Below the pieces are notes generated by a model. That model searched no databases, was not told where the DNA came from, and was given only the letters and a program-made list of their open reading frames with translations. The position numbers and the translations under genes were made by a program. A stretch of 63,196 bases of DNA, filler included, from Octopus bimaculoides (Eukaryota): the NCBI RefSeq assembly GCF_001194135.2. It is 3 parts of 3 records of this genome, joined end to end, with 100 filler letters (N's around TTAATTAATTAA, not from the genome) between each part and the next. Parts side by side here need not be neighbours in the genome. Positions count along the whole stretch, not along the records: positions 14,835 to 41,087 come from NC_068988.1; positions 41,188 to 63,196 come from NC_068994.1; 1 more part is not named here. One strand, 5' to 3'. Positions 36,061 through 49,230 of this stretch are shown piece after piece. Every line of letters begins with the position of its first letter. The stretch's first letter is position 1.

Positions 36061-37685
36061 TTGTATCAGTGTAATGATGGTTGGGGACCTGCATGTTTGA
36101 CGCTGACATACTTAATGCAGTGAATAATACTGTATTACGTTATGCATGTTGTATCCACCTTCATTTAAAACATTGATTTCTGTATATATCTGGGATTATT
36201 TTACATTGGATTTCATACAGTGTGGAAGCCGTTTTATCTTATTTACGTCACCAATTCACTTGCCGAAGCTAGACTATCACTGAATCTCATTCCCATATTC
36301 TATATTTCTGTTTTCTTGTGTCCGAAAATGTATTCAGTGTGTTGTATTTAACAAATTGTAGAGGAAGTTATTTTAACTAATATTAGCGTAAATTCCAATT
36401 CAGCTGAGTCGTCGAAACAACTTTTGTTTGAAGAATAGATATATCTCTACGTTTACAAGGTTATTATCTCTGAGAAATAAATGCCACACAGTAACCTCAC
36501 GTTCACTTTAAATTCATGGATCCATACCAATGTTGCTACAGTTATTGTCGATTGGCCTTATGTATTGGTTGATCAAGCAGACCCGTTCAGTTTTCGGATT
36601 TTAGTTGAGATTTTTCTCTTGTAATCGTTAAGAAAGTGACGAAGCTCTTTTCCTTACCATCACCCTTTAAACAAGCAAACGTTTTATCGTGTGCCTAACG
36701 GATGCGTTACACTCACAAGATTTCTAAGACAGTTGTCTACGTTAAATTGTCTTTTTCATTCATTCAATTATATTCAGAGAATCATCATTCAAAGCCACCA
36801 TACTTTGATAATGTTTTTGTTGCTAAGCACTTATATCCTCTGATTAAGCATACCTCTGATTCATGATCATCCCGTTTTATATTGTCACAGTTTGTCTAGA
36901 CAGCAGAGTGTAATTTGTTATAGATTTAAATACTATAGTTCTCATATCAATAGATACTTTTGAATGCATATGTTTGCTATGTCGTTACTCAGATTGTTAC
37001 AAGATAACAACAGCTAATAAGCCAAATCTAGTTATCGAAACCCAACAGAGAAATTCACACTTTATGACATTAATACTACCTTCTACCGCAAACGCAAACT
37101 ATGATGATAGCCGTTGTCTACAGAACACTACATTTTTATTATCAGAGGTTTTGAATTTAATAAGCTAAAGAGATCTTCAAAGCCGAAACTACTATAAAGG
37201 AAAGGAATGGACTTTAGCAATTGCTGGATTAATCATATCATAAATTTTCTGTAAGCACCACTAGCACCTCAAATGTGAACACTTTAATGAATAAGAAAAC
37301 AATTAAATACTAACGGTATTTTGTTTCAGTTCAAAGAAATTCAACTGACTTCAATGGTCCATCTATTCTACATTTACTGTCAACTTACTAGCCGTTAACC
37401 ATCATAGCACATTGATTAGCCGTAAATATATAGTATTCTTTTGATAATGTCCTTTTGAAATTTAAAATGTATTTGCTAAGAAGTCGAAAAGTTTTATTCA
37501 GAAGAATTTCTGGTACACTTTGTTTTCCATCTAAGTTGTTTGACGAGTCATTTCTATATTCTGAAGACCACCAAAATGACGAAAACATGAATTTTGATTT
37601 CGCAAAGTGGTTTGAAACAACTGGATTCACAACTAACAATATACCTCATAGGCAGGCGATATTTATCTTTTTATCATTTTATTTG

Positions 37686-37885
37686 TTTCAGTAATTTTAC
37701 CGTGGCCATGCTGGGGCACACAACCCTCAAGGGTTTTAGTGGAACAAATCGACCCCACGGCTTAATTTTTTTAAGCCTGGGATTTATTCTATCGGTTTCC
37801 CTTTGCAAAACTGTTAATTTAGTGGGACGTAAACACACCAACACCGGTTGTCATGCGCCGGTGGGGGATAAACACAGACGCAAAC
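37686..37885 (-). mobile_element. SINE family B tail
   Basis: GGCCATGCTGGGGCAC...AATCGACCCC...GACGTAAACACACCAACACCGGTTGTC. Confidence 0.75.
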
Positions 37886-38324
37886 ATTCACACAGACTCA
37901 CGCACACACACACACGCACACACACACACATACATACACATATTTATACACACTTATGTATGTAGGCATACATATGTTTATGTATGCATCCATGAATGCA
38001 TGCATGTATGTATAGATGTATGTATGGATGTATGTATGTGTGTATGTATGTTCATATGTACACGATATGAATATGCATACATACACATATGCGCACATGC
38101 AGTTTTATCTAATAGCTACAGTCCTTCCATTAGTTACTACATACAGTAGCACTAACGATGACGAAACTAAGTTTTGTAGACGTATTGGGGGAAGTGAATT
38201 TCTTCTACACAAGTGGAGGAAATCACAAACCTGTTAAAATAACAGAGAAACTCAAGACAGCAGTCAGCCATCGAATCGTGCATATATGTGTGTGATTTAC
38301 ACTCACGTACACGCATACGATGTG

Positions 38325-38357
<33 letters not shown>

Positions 38358-38920
38358 TTGTATACATATGCATTCATATATACACATACATGTAGACGCA
38401 TATTTACACGTGTATGTACATATTAACGGGACAAAGATAAATATTTGAGACAAATAGCCTTTATTGTCTCTGCCTTTCTTGTATTATACAGTTTGATGTC
38501 AGTTTAACAGCATCAAATATTTCGAGTATGAAACACTTGCAGCACAAATATTTGTTATCATAAAATTGTATATGCTAATGCATTTTCCGTGTTTTGTATT
38601 ACTCAGGTTCAAGTCGAGATTGGGCATCTTGAAAGCACTGGAAAACAGTTAGATTTTTGTTGCGATAGTCAGGTTTTCAAAACACGTATTCAATAATATA
38701 CTGATACTCTTTATGTAACATTCCTGTACGACGAAGCATGGAAGTTTTAGAATTGGTAGAATGAGTTGGAATAATCTGGTTGTTCGCCTGCTTGTACCGT
38801 GGCAATATTTTTCATGTCAAATGGATAGATCCGTGGACTTAACATATTTTGTATGGTTCAATCTGCGCTGACACCCGTTGCAAATGAATCTAGAAGAAGC
38901 AGGTTTGTTATACTCTGGGT

Positions 38921-39231
38921 CAGTGATTCTCAACCGTGGTACATTAAGCCCTTGAGAGCCAGTTTGAGATTGTGGGAGGTCAATGCAACAAAATTGCAAA
39001 GTGGGTATTCACAACAATATTTTAAGGGCTTCCCTGAAAAAAAAGTTGCTTTAGAAGTATGTATTGGTATGTATTGCCAGAAACACACCTTTCTTGTAAA
39101 ATTTTTCATATTTAAACCTTCGCAAGTTTCTATAAAATTAGGTTTTAAACATCGAATGGCAATGGGGGTCCACCAGAATAAAATAGGGATCAAAGGGTTC
39201 TATAGATAAAAAAAATGGTTGAGAATGCCTG
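38921..39231. mobile_element. hAT (Charlie-like) MITE
   Basis: TIRs CAGTGATTCTCAACC and GGTTGAGAATGCCTG. The 8-bp flanks CTCTGGGT and CTCCAGTT (5 of 8 identical) fit a decayed TSD. Confidence 0.75.
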
Positions 39232-39357
39232 CTCCAGTTGAAGCATCTTACAAGTGCTAAGGAATCTTAGCACTTAAATAACAAACACTCCGCTTAAACG
39301 CCCTGAGTACATCGGTTTTGATTTGCTTATATTTTTCTCCTTATCCATATATCTATT

Positions 39358-39678
39358 TACGCGCGTGGCTTAATGGTTAGGATATTCGGCTCACAATCAT
39401 AAGGTCGTGAGTTCAATTCTCGGCGATGCATTATATCCTTGAACAAGACAATTCATTTCACGTTGCTTCAATTCACTCAGTTGTCAAAATTCGGTAGTAC
39501 TTGCATTTCAAAGGGATAGACATGTCACATTCTGTGTCATGGTGAATCTCCCTGAGAACTACGTGAAGGGCACAAATGTCTGCCGAGTTCTCAGCCACTT
39601 GCATATTAATTTGATGAGCAGGCAGTTCCGTTAATCGGATCAAGTGGAACCCTCGTCGTTGTAACCGACGGAGTGTCA
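39358..39678 (+). mobile_element. tRNA-derived SINE sharing the family A 3' half but with a different head and core
   Basis: A-box TGGCTTAATGG and B-box GAGTTCAATTC. The 3' half GAGAACTACG...GGAACCCTCGTCGTTGTAACCGACGGAGTG matches 6180-6306. Confidence 0.85.
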
Positions 39679-39796
39679 GTTACATATTTATACACACGCA
39701 GCTTATATGTGAGAAATCGAGACAGAAAGAGAGCATAGAAGAGACGCACAAAGGATAAGAAGTAAGGATGGAAAATGTTAGAAATTTGATTAAGTG

Positions 39797-39886
<90 letters not shown>

Positions 39887-41023
39887 CAGACATACACAGG
39901 CATCGCCTGTTTACGTATTTACAAATGTCGGCATATGTATATTTAAAAGAAGAAGCATATTACTCATCCATTTATCTATAGTTTTGTGCATGCTTACATG
40001 ATTGAATGCCATATTTTGCATGCAGATGTGCCAAGAAGCTTGGTAGCTAGCATCCATCTTGCATTCAACGCGGAAGTAATATTGAAATACACGCAGATGC
40101 TATACATGCATGCTATCACATATGCCCAAACGCCCACATGCATCCACACGCAACACATATATATACACACACACTCTTTTTTTCTCTCTCTATCTCTCCC
40201 TCTCTCTTGCAAACGCGCATACACAGAAAACACTCACATACGCTTACATATGTATGTATTCACGGCTTTGTATGTACATTTAGAGGTATGAATTTCTCGA
40301 GCATGTCTCAATGACGCTGTAGGTAAATATATGCACTTGGGTATTTGACGGATAACATATTTCGCATGCATAGGTAGTATAAGTAAGAACTTGATATCGC
40401 TTATCAAAATTGTTAATATAAGCTGTCTGCGGTAGTTTCCATTAAACTGTAGGAAGGCTGGTATAGGAATCAAAATTAAAAACACTAATAACACTGTTTG
40501 AATGTATTATATTTAAAATTCCCCAGACTAGTAGACTTCAGATAAAACATGGAATAAACGGAGGAAAAATTCAAAAATATAATGAAACCCACAGATAACA
40601 TATTAGATATATGACTCATTTGAAATGTAAAGCTGATTACCTCGTTTGAGTTGGATTTTGTTATTTTTCTTATTGTTAGTTTGGTTGAAAATATTTAATA
40701 AATATTTTGGTGTCGGACTATGTATATACATTGTCTGGAACGAGTAAATATTCAAATTCAAATTATACGTGTTTTTATATATATACACATGAATGTATCC
40801 ATATACATACGCATATAGATGCATATGTAAGAAAATACATATACACATACATGTAAGTATGCTTGCATGTATACATATATTGGTGTTCAAGGTGAATGAT
40901 ATGAATGTGTGTGTGTGTGTGTGTATGTGTGTGTGTGTGTGTGTGCGCGCAGATGGATACATACACACACGCAGACGTAACCTCACGTAAATATTTTCAT
41001 ACATACACATCCTAAAATACATG

Positions 41024-41057
<34 letters not shown>

Positions 41058-41131
41058 TATATATGCATTTATTTATGTATATATATANNNNNNNNNNNNN
41101 NNNNNNNNNNNNNNNNNNNNNNNNNNNNNNN

Positions 41132-41143
41132 TTAATTAATTAA
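41132..41143. other. Artificial scaffolding spacer TTAATTAATTAA
   Basis: 44 N + 12 nt + 44 N, as at 14735-14834. Confidence 0.9.
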
Positions 41144-42145
41144 NNNNNNNNNNNNNNNNNNNNNNNNNNNNNNNNNNNNNNNNNNNNGAGATAGATAGAT
41201 AGATAGATAGATAGATATATAGATAGATAGATAGATATATAGATAGATAGATAGATAGATAGATAGATGTGAATATACGGTCATTAATTAATGTAAAACT
41301 TAAGAAATTCATTTCGCAGGCACGATGAGCAGAGTTCGATTTCCCTGCATGGCATCATGCGAAAATGCGAGAAGAGAAATACCTTGTTTATAATAGTTGT
41401 TGCAAGATACAAGGGAATACCTCCAAGTGTCATAGAATAAATAATATATTGTCTGGATTCACATTTTTGTTCTTTCACCTTACGAAATATTATCTTTTTG
41501 AAACGTGTCACTAAATAATACGCTTGCAGGTAACGTATTTTACGTTAAAACGCAGGATACGCTTACTAGCATTGAATACGGCAGTGATGCTACAAGAGAA
41601 AAAAATACCATCACATGTATAAGGCCTGCAGACACAATATAAAGAACAGAATGACAAATTAAAAATGCAAAACATTTTCAATATAGTATTGACGAAAAGG
41701 CTTTTACGCAGTCATAAATGGATCACGATGACCCAAAATACCTTTAGTAATTGGAGAGTATAATAGCGATAAGTGAATGAACAACCTGAAATAGGTTATG
41801 CATAACAACGTATTGCAGAAAAAATTCCTTTTTCATTTGTGAGTTCAAAGTATTTTCATACCTTATTTCCTTTAATTACCTTGGGTGTAAATATATTTTC
41901 GCGTTAACCAATTGACTCCTATATGCAAAAAGAATCCAATCACGTTCGCAAATTTGTAAAGATAATACGATAATTATGCATATAATTGGTGCGATGCTAA
42001 ATAGATAAATCAATTCATAGCCTGAAAGGAGTCGAAACCAAAATTTTTGCAGGCTATCATAACAACTATATGTGTGTATGTGTGTAAATGAAAACATATA
42101 CTCTAACAAGGACCTGAATCGTCAGAAATATGCCGATCGAAAATT

Positions 42146-42196
42146 CCTAATACTGACGTTAGTTTCGGCACTTTCTGTTGCCTGATCAGTTAGAAT
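42146..42196 (-). ncRNA. Degenerate hammerhead-like motif
   Basis: Minus strand: CTAA-CTGATCA-GGCA-ACAGAAAG-TGCC-GAAAC-TAAC-GTC-AGTATTAGG. One core change (G8>C); helix I is imperfect. Confidence 0.6.
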
Positions 42197-42199
42197 TGG

Positions 42200-42346
42200 T
42201 TTCGGCACTATGTACAGCTTCACTGAATATTTACTGACGGAAATGTTTGTGGACGGTGAATATAGAAAAATCAGATTTTTCTATATTCACCGCCCACAAA
42301 CATTTCCGTCAGTAAATATTCAGTGAAGCTGTACATAGTGCCGAAA
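42200..42346. repeat. Palindrome with 73-bp arms, 1 mismatch and a 1-nt centre
   Basis: 42200-42272 versus 42274-42346; the only difference is GTGGAC versus GTGGGC. Confidence 0.95.
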
Positions 42347-42442
42347 GCTTACCGGCTGCTATTTCTAGCATTGATCGCACTTCGTGTATTTCTGCTTTAC
42401 ATATTTATATACATATGCAAACATACAAACACACATACATGC

Positions 42443-42473
<31 letters not shown>

Positions 42474-42990
42474 AATGTGTGTGTGTTATTAGACGGTGAT
42501 GCGGTAGAGATAAGGAGAGAAACGAAAACCGATATGTAGCCTATTAAATTCGAAAAGCAATACGTGATACTTATATTCGCTATCACTCAAGCAAATCAGA
42601 TTTCTACAGAGGTCAACCTCATTGATTCTATCGTAATTCAACATATTGATAGAAATCATATTAACTCATTGAGATTTTAATGCGTGATTGTGTACAACAC
42701 TTTTATCTAAAATGCCGTCGTATACATAACATAATGTTATAACAATTATTATTTATATTTAATTATTGCTTGATCACATTATGTTTTCAGTAGATATCTA
42801 TATAAAGCTGTATTGTTTGCATTTATGCATGGCAATCTGTCTTTATCTACCGAAGTATTCGTATGGTTGCATGAGTGCGTATACAGGAATATATGTAGTT
42901 ATATATATATATATATATATANNNNNNNNNNNNNNNNNNNNCCTCTAATAATTGATGTCTGATATTATTGCATTAATGGATACAATATAC

Positions 42991-43026
<36 letters not shown>

Positions 43027-43171
43027 ATACAGTTGTGTAACGAAGGATTTCCAGACAAGGAACATAAGATAAAATAAGAACAGGAATAAATGGGTGAAAA
43101 GCGCGTATATAGTGTATGTGTTTATTTGCCCTTCACCCCCCCAGCCCCAAATTTTATATTCTGAAACATAA

Positions 43172-43352
43172 CTATACATATGCAACGAGTTTGCTTCAGT
43201 GTCCCTCTTAGAAGTCTTCTCAGAAGTGTTTGGTCGGCCCGGGGCTATTGTTGGAGACACTTGTCTGAGCTTCCACACAATGGAACTGAACCTGGAAACA
43301 TGTGGTTGGTAAACAGACTTTTTAAGACACAGCCACGCCTCAGTCAGTGGCA
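43172..43352 (-). mobile_element. SINE family B head, diverged
   Basis: Reverse complement AGGCGTGGCTGTGTC...CCAACCACATGTTTCCAGGTTCAGTTCCA...CAAGTGTCTCC...CCGACCAAA. Confidence 0.75.
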
Positions 43353-44315
43353 CGATCTTGCCTGTGAGAGAATATTTAATTTATGACGCTACGGTGGTAT
43401 CTTAAATTATAATTCCCTCTTCTTGGCACAATACCATACAACTTATCATGCTTCACTGCCTCACTCGTGATGAATTCAACGGCAACAAATGTAATAAAAC
43501 AATAGAATCACAGCAGAACTAACCAAACAAAACGTATTTCACAGCGATGATCTAAGATATCTACAAAAGAACCAGTTTACTTATCGTTAATATTGAGTGT
43601 ATTATCAACAGAATAACAACAAGCAGGCGTCTCAACACGGCGTTGTAATGGAATCTACTTAAGCTGATTCACGGGCGGTAAATAAATACAGGAAAATGAG
43701 ATCTGCTTTAATTTGTCGTGATGTGTGGACTTATCCAACTCTCGGCCAGAACCTTTCGCAGCTACGTGTTATACATTTCGATGATTTAATTTCAAGTCTT
43801 GGCGATTATTTATATTCTCACCGTATTTTATAATTAGAGAAGAACGAGCTTCTAAACGAGAAATATGGCAACAACAGGAAGTGAACTCTGGCAGGCGATC
43901 AAATACATTCATTCATCTCCTTTTTCTCTTTTCTATTCAATTTGATTATTTATCCGCCATTATTCTATTAGATTTCATCCACTGCCCATACTTCTGTTTA
44001 TCACGCCTGGACTTTTTCCTGCCTTCCCGTCATTTCGTGAATGAAACTAGCTCTCAACACAAATGTTCAATTCGCAAAGTAAGTAGCGTACAAAAGTTAT
44101 TGCTGAATATATATTTATCTGTGCGTGTGTGTGTTTGTTTGCGTGTGTTTCGTCATTAAATCCTATTCAATATACTTTCCAGTCATTCTTAATTTACGTT
44201 CAATGTCACATATATCAAATATGGTACCACACCATTAACTTTTACCGAGTCATGCTAATACATATCTATAACTAAATAAGCATTCTGATCGTCATAGTTC
44301 ATGCAGTTATAATAA

Positions 44316-44482
44316 TCCTTTCTACGTCGGCTCTAATGTTTCACTGGTACTTAATTTATAGTCCTTGAAAGGGTGAAAAGCAAATTCAACCTCGACGGAA
44401 TTTGAAATTAGAACGTTGAGACGGGCAAAATACCGCTAAGTATTTCGTCAAGCGTGCTGAGGATTATGCCAGCTCACCACCT
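44316..44482 (-). mobile_element. SINE family C copy
   Basis: Reverse complement GGTGGTGAGCTGGCA...CTTAGCGGTATTT...AAATTCCGTCGAGGTTGAA...AAATTAAGTACCAG. Confidence 0.75.
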
Positions 44483-45028
44483 TTCATACAATTATAATAA
44501 TGAGTCTTAGGAGACATTCCTGCCTGCTGTGTGAATCTTTAGAGTGGCTCACAAATGTTTTGCCGCATTTCTCGGCTCTTCACACCCTGATTTCAAATCC
44601 AAGGAGATCACTGCCGATTATGATAGAGGAATTAGACAACCAATCGCGCAATGAGCGACGTTCATGTTTATTTCGTTTAGTCATTGTTCTTCTCTTTCTA
44701 TATAAGTTTTCTGTCTTTCTGTCTGTAACTATATCAGAATCAGTTGATCTCTGATTGGTTATTGTCACAGAAGCAATGTGCATGATGATAGGATTCCAAA
44801 CACAGTATACGAAAAACGTTAAGCTGGAGGCTAAAAACGTATTCTTCAGAAAAAACAATTTGCTTGGTGCAAAAACTGTCCAAAGAAATCAATGGAATAT
44901 ATTATTATTTCACAGATAGCGTAGATGAAATGACGTATCCATGTTTAAAACAAGACAAAATGTATTAGCGACTATTTGCACTTGAAACGACTACATATAT
45001 TCTGACTCTCTCTCTCTCCTTGTCTCAG

Positions 45029-45083
<55 letters not shown>

Positions 45084-46205
45084 TACACACTCACTCTCAT
45101 TGTCTAACTCATTACAAATATTCAACATAATATTTCAGTGAAATTTGTTTTTCACAAAGAAGGAAATTCGAAAACAGCGTTTTTTTCTTTAAAAACGCAC
45201 CATGCCGCTAGTATCGTCAGCATGTAGTTATCATATCCATTTAGCTGATCCGTGTCACTTGGGAAGAGAAAAAGTTTAATTCACCCATTTCCTAACCAAT
45301 GCTTTAATGCAGACAGTCAAGAATATTTCAAAAGTAGGAGTTAAATACAAAATAAATTGTAGTATAAAACGAAATGGAGAAAGACTGAAAAATAGGAATG
45401 AAATTAAAGAAAGTTCACAATGCAAGAGGCAAATGTACAAAAATCTGACATATTGATGTAAGACGGATGCAAATCTAGTTGAACATGTCAAGTTAAAAGA
45501 AAAGAAAAGAAACAAAAAATTAAATATCGATTAACATATGTAAGGAAATGTAAAATTAACCAGACATTTTTATCTAGATCTGTTTAACAGCTAAAAGACA
45601 ATTATAGTGAATGAGAATCGCATGCAAAAAATGTGAGAGGCTGAAAGAGAAACAGACAGTGATTTTGATATGAACAATGGAGAATAGAATTTGAATATGT
45701 ACGATTTATCACGTGATAGAAAATTCTTTGAAAAAATATTATTTAAATTAAATCTACATCTGTAAGTGTGTATATGCGTGTGGGTTAAATAAAGACAAGC
45801 TAGTGTAGAAGCTATAGTAAACCATATAATTGAAACGTTCCCTGACTGTTCGGTCACCAGTTTTCATGTTCGGGATGAGGGCTTGTGTGGAGGTATCTCT
45901 AGATAAAACATGAATGAAACATGATTAAATGTAATATTGCTTTCTATCGAATGGGGCTGTGGAAAAATACTTGTACGTTCCAGATTAAACAGAGGTCTGA
46001 AGGAAATCACAGTTACTTCCCAAACGGTTATAACCGAAATTTAAGTGTACTCGAGTATCTACCTGACTGCATGAGAGAATGTTTTAGCTGTAACAGAAAA
46101 CAGGAGGGTGCATATGCTTTAGTGAATTATCATTTGCAAACGAAATGGGCGATTTCCAGACAGTGTCCGTGGCACGACTGTATAGCGGCAGTAATATGTC
46201 AGGGA

Positions 46206-46480
46206 AAACTTAGCACACTGGGCAAAATGCTTAGCGGTATTTCGTCTGTCTTTACATTCTGAGTTCAAATTCTGCCGAGGTCAACTTTGCCTTTCATCAT
46301 TTCGGGGTCGATAAATTAAGTACCAGTTGCGTACAGGTGTCGATCTAATCAACTAGCTCCCTCCCCAAAATTTCGGGCGCTGTGCCTAGAGTAGAAATGT
46401 TAATTCAAGTTAAGGTGGCGAGCGGGCAGAAACGTTAGCATGCCGAGCGAAGTGCTTAGCGAAATGCTTAGCGGTATTTT
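46206..46480 (+). mobile_element. SINE family C copy (46206-46397) plus a second truncated head (46413-46480)
   Basis: ATGCTTAGCGGTATTTCGTC...GAGTTCAAATTC...GGGGTCGATAAATTAAGTACCAG...GTGCCTAGAGTAGAAA, then GGTGGCGAGCGGGCAGAAACGTTAGCA. Confidence 0.85.
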
Positions 46481-46924
46481 CCAACATAATGCAAACAGAG
46501 ATCACGTGCACACAGAATAAAGTATGAGATCATCACGAGTGGAACACATTTGATCATTCCTCAGGAATGCTGCTTCATACCAGTAAAATCAGTAATAGTG
46601 TCTCAAAATTATTTCAAACAGCAAATGAAATCTAAACAAGCATTTGTATCAAAAAATTGAATCCACCGAAAAACGTGCAATTTTCCCCTATCATATTCAT
46701 AGACACCTTCAAAAGGAATATAGATGATGTTGCGAATCAAGCGTCACAGAAGTAGATTTAAAGATTAATATTAATTTTTCCAAATGCCGAGAATATAACA
46801 AAGAAGATCTAATTCAGACACGTTTCTTTTTTTCTCTCTGCATTCCTTTGTCTCCTCCTGTATGTTTCTAAAATTTTCTGCGTGTAAGCCTAATTTAATC
46901 GGTCATATGATTAAATTAAATTAA

Positions 46925-46978
46925 TTAAGAGCGCGGGCTACTAACCCCAAGATTCCGAGTTAGATTCCAGGCACTGAT

Positions 46979-47039
<61 letters not shown>

Positions 47040-47226
47040 TCGAAAAATACCATTAAGAATGAGAACCTAGATACGAAATTAGTATCCCCGCGCTCTTAAC
47101 CACTACGCCAGATACTCGTGGGCATATGAAGGCTGGGTGGTATATCAGCCGAAACGTTGTCTTAACAACAAACAAGATGAGGACAAATATCCATCAAATG
47201 TAAATAATGTAAATAATGTAAATAAT
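46925..47226 (+). mobile_element. tRNA-head / (AAT)n / hammerhead composite element, copy 2 (internally rearranged)
   Basis: TTAAGAGCGCGGGCTACTAACCCC...GAGTTAGATTCC, (AAT)n, an inverted head segment at 47079-47108, then GGCTG...CAGCC-GAAACGTT-GTC and an (AAATAATGT)n tail. Homologous to 16220-16531. Confidence 0.8.
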
Positions 47227-47394
47227 CTAATATAATCTGTTTGTTTGTTTTAACATCGTCTTCGTATTTTTGTTTTTATTTGTGTGTGTATGTTTGTGTG
47301 TGTGTGTGTATGTGTGTGTGTGTGTGTGTGTCGGTGAGAGAGAGAGAGAGAAAATGCGTGTTGTGTGTGTATCGATACGTTTATACGTATGCAT

Positions 47395-47432
<38 letters not shown>

Positions 47433-48731
47433 ACACACAAACACACACACATACACACACACACACACACAGATCCCAGAATAAATATATTCTCAGTGTT
47501 ATCACCTACATCGCTATTACCTATAATCCTATATGTTTCACTTGTTTACTGTACTGCATTATCGCTAACTCTGTTTATTATATCTCCCATTTCATTGTCC
47601 TCCACCTCATTCGAATTTCCTCACGTATTTCTTATACCGCCCCCACAAAATCTCCACCAATATCACCTCGAGAGTATTTCCCGTTCGTCTTCCTTCATAC
47701 CTACCCTCTCTTATTCCATTTTGTGACTTATCTGCTATTTTAGAAGAATTGTATTTATAGCGGCAAACAGAAGAAAATTATATGCTTGATTTTATCAATA
47801 TATATAGCAAACATCATTTGTGTTGCAACGTTTATTTTTGCATTGTCAAATAAAACAAATGTAAGCTTACAGCTAGATGATGATCTACATCTAAATATAT
47901 ATATATATATATATGTAATTAAGAAACATTATTCAGATTATTGAAGTAATGTGTATCTACTTTTGTACTGAAGATCAAGAAAATATATTTATATACGTTT
48001 CGAAATGAAGACGATTTGTAACTTCACTACCTCTTTAATGTTTGTCTTGTTACTTTGTAGTAGTTTATCGCAGAACGTTTTTGTATTTGATGTTGAAGAT
48101 CTGTGTTTAAATATGTTTTAGTGATAACCATTGAATGCTTCAGTGTTACTTTATAAAATTTGGTGTACGTTAAACCATTATCTGGGGCATACGGCCATTT
48201 TATAACTCGATAATGTGTCATTTGTCAAAATTTTGTCTGATATATCTGGTGATACCACCTAAGATATTAATGGTTCTTCGTTTGAATAACCTTAAGAATT
48301 GTTAGACAAAAGCTATACCTAATCGGCAATAAGCATACTCACAAAATGAAAGCAAAACTGAGCTTTGTATATTCATGCAGTGTTACATATTAGATTTCCT
48401 AATGTGTTCCTTATTTAACCATTGCATGTTGGTGGTATTTCAAGCAATTATGGCAGCGACATTTCGAGGACACACACAGACATACATACACACACACACA
48501 CACACATACACACGCACACACACACATATATATATATATACATACATACATATATACATATGTATGCACACATACAAAAACACACATACATACGTATATA
48601 TACTATAGTCTACCAGCATAGTTAGTTTATCTTAGGTCTCGGAACCTATATTTGTAGGCAATTATTTAATGCCTACTTCTCTTATAGCACTCTAATCAGT
48701 CCAAAATAGGATGGTCATCTGATATTAATAA

Positions 48732-48818
48732 GCCTTTCTACTAAAGGCAAAAGGCCTAATATTTTGGTGGAGGGTACCACTCGATTATATCGACCCCATT
48801 GTTTCACTGATACTTGTT
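48732..48818 (-). mobile_element. SINE family C tail remnant
   Basis: CCTTTCTACT..AGGC..AAGGCC...CGATTATATCGACCCCA..GTTTCACTG.TACTT. Confidence 0.55.
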
Positions 48819-49196
48819 TCAGATCGGTTTCAGATCGGATTTATTACCTAATATGATTAGTATTTTTACATATTTTTGCATATCAATGGCAATACGATAC
48901 AACATTGGAAACAGAAACAGCTGTTAGATGAGGTGCATTCTATTTGCAATGAATCAATAAATAATAATTGATGTAAGTTAATTGTTGTTCATCAGTACTT
49001 CTCTATCTTTTCTTTTCTTTAAATATTGATTCTTGATAAACCCATGTTTATCCTTGTCATTACCTATAATACGTTTGTATATGTATGCCCATGGTCAAAT
49101 ATAGGCAATATACCGGTAATGTAATAGATACTTCTACCCTTTAGACGGTTATTTCAACCTCTAGCTCAACTAACACACACACACACACACACATAC

Positions 49197-49230
<34 letters not shown>

